Assembly (NCBI GenBank): GCA_018304385.1
Contig: JAGVWJ010000008.1
Location: forward strand, 32,308 to 96,307
Source: Candidatus Micrarchaeota archaeon
Lineage (GTDB): Archaea; Micrarchaeota; Micrarchaeia; Anstonellales; Bilamarchaeaceae
Reading direction: 5' to 3'
DNA: 64,000 bases
Both the position numbers and the translations under genes were made by a program. Below, piece by piece: positions 38,863 through 47,836 of this stretch. Under the pieces are notes generated by a model. It worked only from the letters and a program-made list of their open reading frames with translations. It had not been told where the DNA came from and made no database searches. Numbering within the stretch: position 1 is the stretch's first letter; every line of letters begins with the position of its first letter.

Positions 38863-39504
38863 TTAAATTTTAGTTTCTGCTTTTGCTTTAAAATATTTAA
38901 CAAATGCGTCACTTATATGTTGAAGGGCTGCAAGAAAATCACCTTTTAAGTCGCAGGCAAAATCATATTCAGATGGGTTCACTTTATAATTATACAAACT
39001 AGTACGCTCACATTGAGGAACAACATCTCTGCTTACTTTAATTGTTTCTGCAGGGTGAAGAATAAACTCTGCACCTGTTACTACCCCATCCTTAATGGAT
39101 ATAGTAAGCATGTTAGCGATCTCAAAATCAGTTCTATCGATTCTGTCTACAGAACCATCACCATCAACATCACAGGCAGCTATTCTATATATCTCCATCT
39201 TACCATCCGGGCCATAAATATGCCCCCAAACTTCTGGGTTGCCACCAATAATTTTTTTATCTACTATGCAAGATCCATTGTCACTAACGTAATCTGGTAA
39301 TTCAGGACTTCTTGTTTTTGGTTTTGGTTTTGCGTCAGTTGCCTCTGCCTTGATATTTTCTTTTCCTTTTCCAACAATCTGCGCACTTGCACACGCGTTT
39401 AACAATCCCAATCCAGCAACCAAAACAGCAGCGCTTGCAAATTTAGATCTCCTTTCATTCCTAGTACTTTTTCCGGTATTTACACTAGCATAATTCAATT
39501 TCAT
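38863..39504 (-). CDS. Secreted hypothetical protein with MKLNY leader and one EF-hand-like loop
   Basis: Signal ending ASAQ; DVDGDGSVD loop. Confidence 0.7.
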   Translation of the reverse strand: MKLNYASVNTGKSTRNERRSKFASAAVLVAGLGLLNACASAQIVGKGKENIKAEATDAKPKPKTRSPELPDYVSDNGSCIVDKKIIGGNPEVWGHIYGPDGKMEIYRIAACDVDGDGSVDRIDRTDFEIANMLTISIKDGVVTGAEFILHPAETIKVSRDVVPQCERTSLYNYKVNPSEYDFACDLKGDFLAALQHISDAFVKYFKAKAETKI

Positions 39505-39655
39505 ATATAACCCCCCAATTGTCTAGTAATTAAGCTAGACTATTTATTTTAGAATTAATAGGTTCCAAACTATTTTTAAAGCTTCGCTTTTTGCCATTTT
39601 TGGCAACGGTGTGATTATTTCAATTCCTGACCCATTGCTGAAAGCCGATGGAAAC

Positions 39656-40369
39656 TTATCTTACTTCCTTATAATCCTTAAAAACAGAAATCTTCTTCAG
39701 CGCCTCATTCTTATTATTAGATACTAACTCAAGGTTCGCATAATATAACAAAGTATTCACAACCCCAGTTTTCTTTACCCTTCTGGAAGATGTAATAACC
39801 TTTGGTGTTGGCAAAAACATTATTTTTCCGTGCTTTTCCAGTACCTTGGTCATAGCACTATCTTCTTGTGGTGCATTTGGGAATCCGCCAACCTTGAAAA
39901 ACGATTCGCGTTTTATGGAAATATTACAGCCAAGCAGACTTCCTTTTCCATCTATGGCTTTCAGAACAAGATACCTATTCTGGATGTTTTGAATAAACTC
40001 CAATATTCTATCTTTCTTATCAAAATTAAATGCACAAGATATGCCTACTACATCTTGGTTTTGCATAACTGAGTAAATAGCGTTTAGGTAATTCCTTGGG
40101 ATTAATGTATCTGCATCTATAAAAACAAATATCTTGCCTTTAGCCCTTTTTGCACCTTCATTTCTACCGTGCCATATTCCATGTTTTTCAATATTAAATA
40201 TTTTGTTAGTATATCTCTTTGCTATTTCAAGCGTGCGATCTTTGCTCCCACTATCACAAATAAGCAATTCATATTTCAATTTGGTATCCTGTGCCTTCAC
40301 TGCCTTTAATGTTTTTTCTAGGTATTTACCTTCGTTTATTGTTGGAATTATTACAGAGATGTCAAACAT
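39656..40369 (-). CDS. Glycosyltransferase family 2
   Basis: SVIIPT.NE, DSGSKD.T, RN.GA, FIDADT, ED motif. Confidence 0.92.
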   Translation of the reverse strand: MFDISVIIPTINEGKYLEKTLKAVKAQDTKLKYELLICDSGSKDRTLEIAKRYTNKIFNIEKHGIWHGRNEGAKRAKGKIFVFIDADTLIPRNYLNAIYSVMQNQDVVGISCAFNFDKKDRILEFIQNIQNRYLVLKAIDGKGSLLGCNISIKRESFFKVGGFPNAPQEDSAMTKVLEKHGKIMFLPTPKVITSSRRVKKTGVVNTLLYYANLELVSNNKNEALKKISVFKDYKEVR

Positions 40370-40378
40370 AGAACAATT

Positions 40379-41515
40379 TCACCATAATGATTTATAAAAT
40401 AATTCAACGTTCTTTGCTACAATGTCCCAAGTGAAACCCTTAAGAACACGCTTTCTATTGAATTGGGAAAACTTTGTTGCGAGCTTTTTGTTATTTAAGA
40501 TTTTGTTTATTGCATTTGCCAATGAATCGCTATCGCGCGTTGGCACAATTATCCCACCTTTCCAATTTTCTATTAATTCTTTATTGCCACCAGCATCTGT
40601 TGCAACTATTGGCTTTGCGCAAGCCATTGCCTCTATTAATGCAACACTACAAGGCTCGTAGAGCGATGGCAATGTAAAGCAATCTGCTGATCCATAAAGT
40701 TTAACTAATTGCGCGTCAGTTATGCGCTCGGTTACGAAATGAACTTTCACATTGATTTTTTTTGCATGAATCTCTAATTCACGTTTCATCTGACCACGGC
40801 CAAAAATAACCAGCTCAGCGTTATGAATCTTTTTCATTGCGCTTATTAGATAGTAAAGGCCTTTTTGCGGAAGCAGGCGAACATTTGTTAGAATCATTTT
40901 TTCTTTTATACCTAGCTTATCTTTCCAATCGTTATTTTTCATTGGTCTAAATAATTTTTCATCAACACCATTATAAATTACTTTTTTTATTCCTTTATAA
41001 TCGCTCGGAAGCGTTGAATTAAGCGTTGCGTTGCTTACTGCAGCTATACCATCGCACTGGTACATGAATTTTTTTGATATGATGTCATCAAACAATCCGC
41101 CAAAAATATCAGTTATTGCATCAATATTCTGCGGCCGTGCATTATGTAATGTTAAACAAAGCTTTTTGCCATGTTTCTTAATTAGATGTGCATCACTTGG
41201 CATATATGTAAAGCGATTATGGGTATGGACTAGATCTACACTAGTTATAGCTTCGGCAAGATATTTCTTATGATTTTTAAATATTGGCACAGGTGGTGGC
41301 AACGGATGAGGGGCAGAATAATAAACTTTAGCAGGCTCGCGAATTATGTTTATTCCATATACTTCTTCTTTTTCTTCTGTGCCATCTAAGCGCGCTGTTA
41401 ATATACTTATCTCATGCTTTTTCGCTAATCGCTTGCCTACTTCTAACAAATGCTTTTCTGTTCCACCGTAGTATGGATGAAAAAAAGGATTCATTAAAAG
41501 AATACGCATATGCAC
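40379..41515 (-). CDS. Glycosyltransferase family 4
   Basis: YGGTE, IYNGVD, KGL, PSLYEP..EAMAC.KP. Confidence 0.92.
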   Translation of the reverse strand: MHMRILLMNPFFHPYYGGTEKHLLEVGKRLAKKHEISILTARLDGTEEKEEVYGINIIREPAKVYYSAPHPLPPPVPIFKNHKKYLAEAITSVDLVHTHNRFTYMPSDAHLIKKHGKKLCLTLHNARPQNIDAITDIFGGLFDDIISKKFMYQCDGIAAVSNATLNSTLPSDYKGIKKVIYNGVDEKLFRPMKNNDWKDKLGIKEKMILTNVRLLPQKGLYYLISAMKKIHNAELVIFGRGQMKRELEIHAKKINVKVHFVTERITDAQLVKLYGSADCFTLPSLYEPCSVALIEAMACAKPIVATDAGGNKELIENWKGGIIVPTRDSDSLANAINKILNNKKLATKFSQFNRKRVLKGFTWDIVAKNVELFYKSLW

Positions 41516-41517
41516 AC

Positions 41518-42138
41518 CTAATAAGGAACAAATTTTGCCCTTCTCCCCTCTATTACATATTTTCCTTTTGAGAATGAATCAATAACTTTTTTATAAGCCT
41601 TATGCTCTCGATTTAGTATTTTTTCAGCCGCTTCCTCCTCGTCTTTGCAATCGCTTATATCAACTGCTTCCTGATAGATTATTGGACCGTGATCTAATTG
41701 CTCATCCAAAAAATGAATTGTTAATCCGCTTACTTTTGCGCCGTAATCAAATGCCTGTTTTTGCGCATGCAAACCTTGAAACGCAGGTAACAAAGATGGG
41801 TGAATGTTAATAATGCGGTTGCGATAAGCTTGCAAAAGCTCCTTGGATTTTATTAGTTTCATATAACCTGCAAGGACTACTAAATCTACATTATATTTAT
41901 CTAGCGTTTTTTTAATTTCTAAGTCTAATTGTTCTCGCATTCCTGATTTTTTTTCATCAATAATCTCAATCGGTATCTTTGCTTTCTTTGCCCTTTCTAT
42001 TGCTTGCGCTTCTGGGTTATTTGTAATAAGCACTTTTATGTCTGCATTAACCTCTCCTTTAGCAATACCATTAATAATTGCTTGGAAATTACTGCCTCTG
42101 CCGCTGGCGAGAACTGCTATTGAAATTTTAGATCCCAT
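41518..42138 (-). CDS. purN: Phosphoribosylglycinamide formyltransferase
   Basis: SGRGSN, LAGYM, NIHPSLLP, LDHGPII.Q. Confidence 0.95.
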   Translation of the reverse strand: MGSKISIAVLASGRGSNFQAIINGIAKGEVNADIKVLITNNPEAQAIERAKKAKIPIEIIDEKKSGMREQLDLEIKKTLDKYNVDLVVLAGYMKLIKSKELLQAYRNRIINIHPSLLPAFQGLHAQKQAFDYGAKVSGLTIHFLDEQLDHGPIIYQEAVDISDCKDEEEAAEKILNREHKAYKKVIDSFSKGKYVIEGRRAKFVPY

Positions 42139-42183
42139 AATTACAATTGCGCAAATGGTATAAAAAGCGTTTCTATTCGCGAG

Positions 42184-43008
42184 TTATCTGTATATGCCAT
42201 ATTCTTCGAATAACCTTTGTTCAACAAAACTAACAAATGCGCGATCTTCTGTATCATGTAAAGCTATATTCTCTTCTCCTCTGTTTAGATAAAATCTCGA
42301 AATCTGTGGCGGAAGTGCATGCGTATTTTGATAAAGCGTACTGTTGCCTAAAAATATTTCAAGTCTCGCAATAGCTAGCCTCTCGATATTAGCTAATACT
42401 GCGCGCAATGTTTGTCCGGTTCTAACATCATCCTCGATCAATAAAACTCGTTTTCCGCGTAATGCTTCCAAGCCTTCAGTTTCCCTATAATCTATGCCGC
42501 CTTTTCCATCAAAATCAGCGAAAACATGCAATACTCTAAGGCCATGAAGCTCAAAAAAATATGCATAACCGCATCCTTCTGGTTCTACACTTAAGCCAAT
42601 ATCTATTGCGCTACTTTCTATAATTCGTCTAGCATTTGTAAACGCGTATCTTATTGACTGTGGAAAAAAATCCTTTCCATGGCTATGCATTGAAACATAA
42701 GCTAATATCTCTTTCTTAACTACACACTCTGCAAGCTCATAAAGTATTCTAAAAGGAGCATTTAAATCTGCAAAAATGTTTATTGGTATCCCTTTTCTCC
42801 ACATCTCCAAAAGAGACTCTAACTCATCAATCAGTTTTGTATATCTACTCTCCATAACGCTTCTTGCTGTATCTGATTCAGGATTTAGTCTATCAAAAAC
42901 TTTTAAAACTGCCTCAATCTCTGGCACCTTCTCTTTGAAGCCAGTATGTCTAAGCTGAACGAGTTGTCGGACAACTCTTTCTCTATGTGCTGCGAGCGAC
43001 ATCTCCAA
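42184..43008 (-). CDS. Phosphoribosyltransferase-fold protein with helical N-terminal extension
   Basis: KRVLLIEDDVRTGQTL PRPP-binding loop. Confidence 0.7.
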   Translation of the reverse strand: MEMSLAAHRERVVRQLVQLRHTGFKEKVPEIEAVLKVFDRLNPESDTARSVMESRYTKLIDELESLLEMWRKGIPINIFADLNAPFRILYELAECVVKKEILAYVSMHSHGKDFFPQSIRYAFTNARRIIESSAIDIGLSVEPEGCGYAYFFELHGLRVLHVFADFDGKGGIDYRETEGLEALRGKRVLLIEDDVRTGQTLRAVLANIERLAIARLEIFLGNSTLYQNTHALPPQISRFYLNRGEENIALHDTEDRAFVSFVEQRLFEEYGIYR

Positions 43009-43891
43009 TCAACCTAGCAAATAATGCTGCTGTTTTTTCATCATGTCTCGGTCTAACCAAAGAAACATTAGAACCGTCTTCAATCAAAATTCCTGCTGGA
43101 ACTTCATCTTCATAGGCATGTATTTCACCTATTGCACCCTCTGCACAAGTTACCTGTTCAATTTTACGAAGGTCTACACCGAGTAGCGTCGGGTTATCCT
43201 CTGTTATTAGACTTTCAACACCAAAATTATGTGTTGTTACTGAAACGTTACCTGCGAGTTGCTCTGTTGCACGCATACCTGGCTTAGCATGATGGAGAAT
43301 AATATTAACAAGCTCAATCCTTCCAAGTTGTTCTGCAACTTGACCCATTCCCTCAATAAATTGAGGCATAAACCAACCAAGTTTGGTTCCTGTTACTGAA
43401 GTATCCAAGAAAACTACTCGTCTAGCATCTCCCCCTGCTGCAGTTTCAAATGCATTTTTTAGGCCTTCACCAACAACTTCACTTAAGCCATCAATAAAAT
43501 AGCTAGTATAAAGCTTGGCTGCAGTAAAATTAGTTCGCCTTAATTCAAATGCTCTTGTTGTCCAGTCACCATCTACCCTTTTTTTCTGATCAACTGCCTT
43601 TACCAAGCATCTAAAAAGAGGAATCGCACCGCGCATAGAAACTAATACTACTCTTGGATCAACCTGTCCTAGCAACTGTAAAATATTTTTTACAGCATCT
43701 GCGAATGATTCAAGTTCACTCCTTTGGATTCTAATGGCAGGTTTTCCCTTGTACGTTTCTATTTCTTTAGTTGGTGGTGGTTCTCTGAAAGACCAGCCAT
43801 CTGGCGGAGCTATTTTTAATACTAATTTTAATTCTTGTCGTTGTTCCAACGCTTGCTTTAGTACGGGCCTCTGCGATAGTTCTAATCCCAT
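42983..43891 (-). CDS. Degenerate PRTase-like hypothetical protein
   Basis: VLVSMRGAIPL and RVVFLDTSVTGTKL resemble PRTase loops. Confidence 0.5.
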   Translation of the reverse strand: MGLELSQRPVLKQALEQRQELKLVLKIAPPDGWSFREPPPTKEIETYKGKPAIRIQRSELESFADAVKNILQLLGQVDPRVVLVSMRGAIPLFRCLVKAVDQKKRVDGDWTTRAFELRRTNFTAAKLYTSYFIDGLSEVVGEGLKNAFETAAGGDARRVVFLDTSVTGTKLGWFMPQFIEGMGQVAEQLGRIELVNIILHHAKPGMRATEQLAGNVSVTTHNFGVESLITEDNPTLLGVDLRKIEQVTCAEGAIGEIHAYEDEVPAGILIEDGSNVSLVRPRHDEKTAALFARLIGDVARST

Positions 43892-43915
43892 GTTATTTAT
43901 AGTGTACAAATACGC

Positions 43916-44521
43916 TTATAAAATGAGTAGTCGCTTCTCGCTTATTACAATATCCAATCTTTCATCATGCTCATGCCTTGGTATTTTTTCGATTATCTGC
44001 ATATCAAAGCATACACCTATTCTTATGCTATTCAGCGTTTTTAATAGTTTATCATAATGGCCTTTTCCATATCCTAAGCGATGAAGATCTAAATCAAATG
44101 ATAAGCCTGGAACTATTATTATATCTGGGGCCTTTTCGCTTCTTATTTTTGTTTTTGGCTCAAGAATTCCGAATCTTGCTGGTGCTAAATCTTCAAATGA
44201 AGTAAACTTAACTAGCTCAATTTCATGATCTGTATGCGGCACAAGTATCTCTTTGTCCAATGACAGCGCTTTCTTAATCATATCAAGCGTTGCAACCTCG
44301 CTTCCTTTTGAGATATAGAAGGCGATGCATTTTGCAGACTTGAACTCATCTAATGCAAACAACTTTTGCATTATTTCTTCGCCTTTCTGCTTGCGCTCGC
44401 TTTCGCTAATAGCATTTCGTAGCGCGAGCATCTGTATGCGAACCTCTTTCTTTGATTTATTAGATTCAGAGGGGGGTTGCGCTAGGGACCGTAGGTCCCT
44501 GGCATTTGGGTGAGCGATCAT
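43916..44521 (-). CDS. 5-formyltetrahydrofolate cyclo-ligase
   Basis: FGILEP, IVPGLSFD...RLGYGKGHYD, HDERLD. Confidence 0.92.
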   Translation of the reverse strand: MIAHPNARDLRSLAQPPSESNKSKKEVRIQMLALRNAISESERKQKGEEIMQKLFALDEFKSAKCIAFYISKGSEVATLDMIKKALSLDKEILVPHTDHEIELVKFTSFEDLAPARFGILEPKTKIRSEKAPDIIIVPGLSFDLDLHRLGYGKGHYDKLLKTLNSIRIGVCFDMQIIEKIPRHEHDERLDIVISEKRLLIL

Positions 44522-44550
44522 ATTTTTAATTTATTTTCTGATATTTTAAT

Positions 44551-45120
44551 ATGTATGCACAGAAAGAAATAGAAGTAAAGGGTCAAAACTACACTGTCCA
44601 GTACTATCTAAGCGAAAATAGAAATGCAATTGCCAGAATAAAAGAAAACGTAATATCAATAACCTTACCACGCAGATGGCCAGAAAAAGAAAGAACTAAT
44701 GCTGCGTATAATTTAGAAAAGCGCATGATAAGAAAGCTAGTTAGGCCACAAACTAAAATAAATGCAATACCTGATAACTTAACAGATCAACAGAAAATAG
44801 CATTTGCAAGAAACTCATTGCCAACAGTCATTGCTAGGGTAAGTGAATTAAATGCGCAGCATTTCAACTCAAAAATTGGCAGAATTCGCATTCGCAAAAA
44901 TCTAACAAACTGGGGCAGCTGCTCATCGAAGAATAATATTAGCATAAATTTCGCATTGTTATTCTTGCCGCAAGAACTGATGGATTATGTTATTGTGCAC
45001 GAACTAGCACATACAAAAGAACGCAATCACTTGCATAAATTTTGGCAAATAGTTGAAAAGGTGCTTCCTAACTATAAAGATAGAAAAAAGGAACTTAGAA
45101 GGTATAGTTTGAGCAATTGA
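44551..45120 (+). CDS. YgjP/DUF45 SprT-like metalloprotease
   Basis: WGSCS, DYVIVHELAH, FW. Confidence 0.88.
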   Translation: MYAQKEIEVKGQNYTVQYYLSENRNAIARIKENVISITLPRRWPEKERTNAAYNLEKRMIRKLVRPQTKINAIPDNLTDQQKIAFARNSLPTVIARVSELNAQHFNSKIGRIRIRKNLTNWGSCSSKNNISINFALLFLPQELMDYVIVHELAHTKERNHLHKFWQIVEKVLPNYKDRKKELRRYSLSN

Positions 45121-45125
45121 TTTCC

Positions 45126-46205
45126 ATGGGTCTCCAAGAAAAACTAGCAGAATTAGAAAAAGAACTTGCACGTACGCAGAAGAACAAGGCTACTGAGTTT
45201 CATATCGGAATTCTAAAATCAAAAATAGCGCAATTGCGCCGTGAAATAATATCGCCAAAAAAACATGGTGCAGGCGGCGGAGGATTTGATGTTAAGAAAA
45301 CAGGTGATGCAACAGTAGCAATCATCGGATTCCCAAGCGTAGGGAAAAGCACTTTATTAACAAAAATCACAAAAGCAGAATCTAAGACGGCTGCGTATGC
45401 TTTTACAACATTAAAATGCATTCCCGGAGTAATGGAGTACAAGAGTGCTAAAATACAGATTTTGGACTTGCCAGGTATAATAGAAGGTGCAAAGGAAGGA
45501 AGAGGCCGCGGACGCGAGGTAATCGCAGTTGCAAGAAGTTCAGATTTAGTTTTAATTATAATTGATGCTGCAGTACCAAAGCAGTATTATACTATAATCA
45601 GCGAATTGGAAGGATTTGGAATTAAATTAAATAAAAGACCGCCCAACATTTCTATTTCTAAAAGTTTACGTGGCGGGATAAACATAGAGCATACAGTTAA
45701 ATTAACAAAAATAGGCGAGCGCGAGGTTATTGCAGTGCTCAATCAATATGGGCATTATAGCGCTGAAGTAGTCTTTAGGCAAGATGCAACAATTGATGAT
45801 CTGATTGATGTACTGGAAGGAAATAGGGTTTATATTCCTGCATTAGTTGTAGCGAATAAAATAGACTTAATTGATAAGAACAAGATAAACCTGCCGATAG
45901 AATTTGTTCCGATTTCAGCTGAAAAAAATCTAAATATAGATCTATTAAAAGAAGCGATACACTCAAAGTTGAATTTCATAAAAATATTCACAAAACGCAG
46001 AGGCGAAAAAGCAGATTTTGAAGAGCCATTAATTATTAAGCGCAGCACGAATGTTGCTATGGTTTGCGATTCCTTGCATCGCGATCTAAGAAAAGAATTT
46101 AAATTCGCATTAGTTTGGGGAAAAAGCGTAAAACATCCTGGCCAGCGCGTAGGATTGGAACATGTTTTGCAGGATGGAGATATATTGCAGATTGTAAAGA
46201 AATAA
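45126..46205 (+). CDS. DRG/OBG-family GTPase with TGS domain
   Basis: GFPSVGKST, YAFTT, DLPG, NKID, QRVGLEH.L.DGD. Confidence 0.95.
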   Translation: MGLQEKLAELEKELARTQKNKATEFHIGILKSKIAQLRREIISPKKHGAGGGGFDVKKTGDATVAIIGFPSVGKSTLLTKITKAESKTAAYAFTTLKCIPGVMEYKSAKIQILDLPGIIEGAKEGRGRGREVIAVARSSDLVLIIIDAAVPKQYYTIISELEGFGIKLNKRPPNISISKSLRGGINIEHTVKLTKIGEREVIAVLNQYGHYSAEVVFRQDATIDDLIDVLEGNRVYIPALVVANKIDLIDKNKINLPIEFVPISAEKNLNIDLLKEAIHSKLNFIKIFTKRRGEKADFEEPLIIKRSTNVAMVCDSLHRDLRKEFKFALVWGKSVKHPGQRVGLEHVLQDGDILQIVKK

Positions 46206-46556
46206 TTATGCTGTCCTAATTCTTTCAACAAGCTCTGGTTCTCCAGTTCCATATAATTCTAGTGTTTTTATAAGCGCAGCTCGATCTTTTTCAAGAGCAA
46301 ATTCAGCAAATCCTAGTGTTATATCTAATCTTATTGCTAATTCTTCAGCTAATGTTAACGGCCTTTCTACTCTTCGTTCAGCATCTAACACATGAATTAG
46401 TGCAATCCTATCCATTGTGACCTCGTCCCCATCTTGGAAACTAGTAGGACTTTCTATTCTGAAAAACACAGTACCTTCACTTTCTTTTTGTGCTATGTAA
46501 AGATAAGATGCTACAAATTCCAGATCTATAAGTCCTGCTTCTATATACAAAACCAA
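46206..46556 (-). CDS. Hypothetical protein, possibly the separated 3' part of 46592..47215
   Basis: TTG start with no promoter space; open frame extends to just after an upstream stop. Confidence 0.4.
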   Translation of the reverse strand: MVLYIEAGLIDLEFVASYLYIAQKESEGTVFFRIESPTSFQDGDEVTMDRIALIHVLDAERRVERPLTLAEELAIRLDITLGFAEFALEKDRAALIKTLELYGTGEPELVERIRTA

Positions 46557-46591
46557 ATAAGTTTTACCGATTCTGTTTTCCGGATTTTATC

Positions 46592-47215
46592 TCAGTTGGT
46601 TTTGTATAGTTGATCCAACTTTTTTAGTTGGATCAGCATATCATCGTATCCACCAACTAATTGCGAATATCTTCTTTGTCTTTGTGGCACCATAGTCATT
46701 GGAACAGTATGTCTTGTGGAACGATCTTCTGGGAGTGCAGCTATTATTGCATCACGCTGCGCAACTTCTTCTGGCTTAGGGAGATAATAGGACCAGGCAT
46801 GATGCCCTATTTCATGATAAAAATCATGAGTTCCCTTTACACTAACAGTTGCTGTTCTTGCATCATATTCACTCCCCATGCCATCATTCATTGCCATTTT
46901 CAAAACAGGGTCAGCAAGCAATCTGGCTAACAATATTTTTGGTAATAATTTCAGAACAATGTTTGGCTCTAGTGATTTCGGTACAAAAACCGGTTTAGCA
47001 TTTGGGTTCTCATCAAGGTCATATTTCTTGGTTACTAACCTTGATTGTCGATGAATCTTTTTATTAGGGTGATCTCGCTTAAACCCAGTAGCAAGCTTAG
47101 AAAGAGGATGCAGTTCGTTAGACATCATCATGGTATATTTACCAGTACTTAGGTCTCTACCGTGTTTATCAAATACCATTGTGGCTAATCCAATTGTTCT
47201 TTGTGCCAAAGCCAT
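46592..47215 (-). CDS. HExxH zinc-metallopeptidase-like protein
   Basis: FYHEIGHHAW; TATA-like box upstream. Confidence 0.6.
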   Translation of the reverse strand: MALAQRTIGLATMVFDKHGRDLSTGKYTMMMSNELHPLSKLATGFKRDHPNKKIHRQSRLVTKKYDLDENPNAKPVFVPKSLEPNIVLKLLPKILLARLLADPVLKMAMNDGMGSEYDARTATVSVKGTHDFYHEIGHHAWSYYLPKPEEVAQRDAIIAALPEDRSTRHTVPMTMVPQRQRRYSQLVGGYDDMLIQLKKLDQLYKTN

Positions 47216-47258
47216 AAGTTATTATATATGTGGTAATTTATAAAGCTTTATACAAGTT

Positions 47259-47280
47259 ATTTAAACTGCTTCTTCATCTT
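47259..47280. repeat. 22-bp direct repeat (duplicate of the lonB 3' end), left copy
   Basis: atttaaactgcttcttcatctt also at 47831..47852. Confidence 0.9.
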
Positions 47281-47320
47281 TCGCAACTGGTTATAAATAT
47301 TTCTCCTCAAGGATATTAAC

Positions 47321-47455
47321 ATGAGAATAATAAAAAATATCAAAAATTTCATAATGCGCTTATTTGGTCAGTCCAAAAAAGAAGATGAAAAAGAGATACA
47401 TGAGAGAATTATGAAAAAAAGGGCTAAGGCATACGAAGAACTTGCGAGGTATTAG
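47321..47455 (+). CDS. Putative antitoxin of Fic/Doc (44 aa, absent from ORF track)
   Basis: MRIIKNIKNFIMRLFGQSKKEDEKEIHERIMKKRAKAYEELARY; abuts the Fic ATG; TATA at ~47291. Confidence 0.6.
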   Translation: MRIIKNIKNFIMRLFGQSKKEDEKEIHERIMKKRAKAYEELARY

Positions 47456-47836
47456 ATGCTCACAAAGAAGCAAATAATACAAGAACACGACAAACTTATC
47501 GAATTATTTGGTGGAACTTTAGGCATGCACTATGACGGCAAGATAGAAAGAACTATAGAAAGATATAACGAAAGTAAGAATAAAAAAGAAGCATGCATTG
47601 AATTTTACTATGAAATAATAGTAGGGCATCCTTTTGTTGATGGAAATAAACGAACAGCCACACATTTTCTTGAACATTTACTAGAATTGAATGGTTATAG
47701 ACTAAATGCTACCAATGAGCAAATCGTAAAAATGGCGCTCGACATTGCAAGAAAAAACGAAGAAATGGAAAAGAAAAAAAGAACACCCGTATCGCTTGAT
47801 TACGTTAAAGACTACACAGCTAAATTTATCATTTAA
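47456..47836 (+). CDS. Fic/Doc-family toxin
   Basis: HPFVDGNKRTA Doc-type motif. Confidence 0.92.
   Translation: MLTKKQIIQEHDKLIELFGGTLGMHYDGKIERTIERYNESKNKKEACIEFYYEIIVGHPFVDGNKRTATHFLEHLLELNGYRLNATNEQIVKMALDIARKNEEMEKKKRTPVSLDYVKDYTAKFII

Noticed and set aside
37066-39665. gatggaa..tta.ctta similarity at both ends of the post-cysS islet
   Set aside because: Only 7 bp exact in AT-rich DNA; too weak to call an att site
46592-46660. Hairpin as a BHB mRNA intron
   Set aside because: Removing it at the best BHB-like sites still leaves stops in all frames before the downstream ORF
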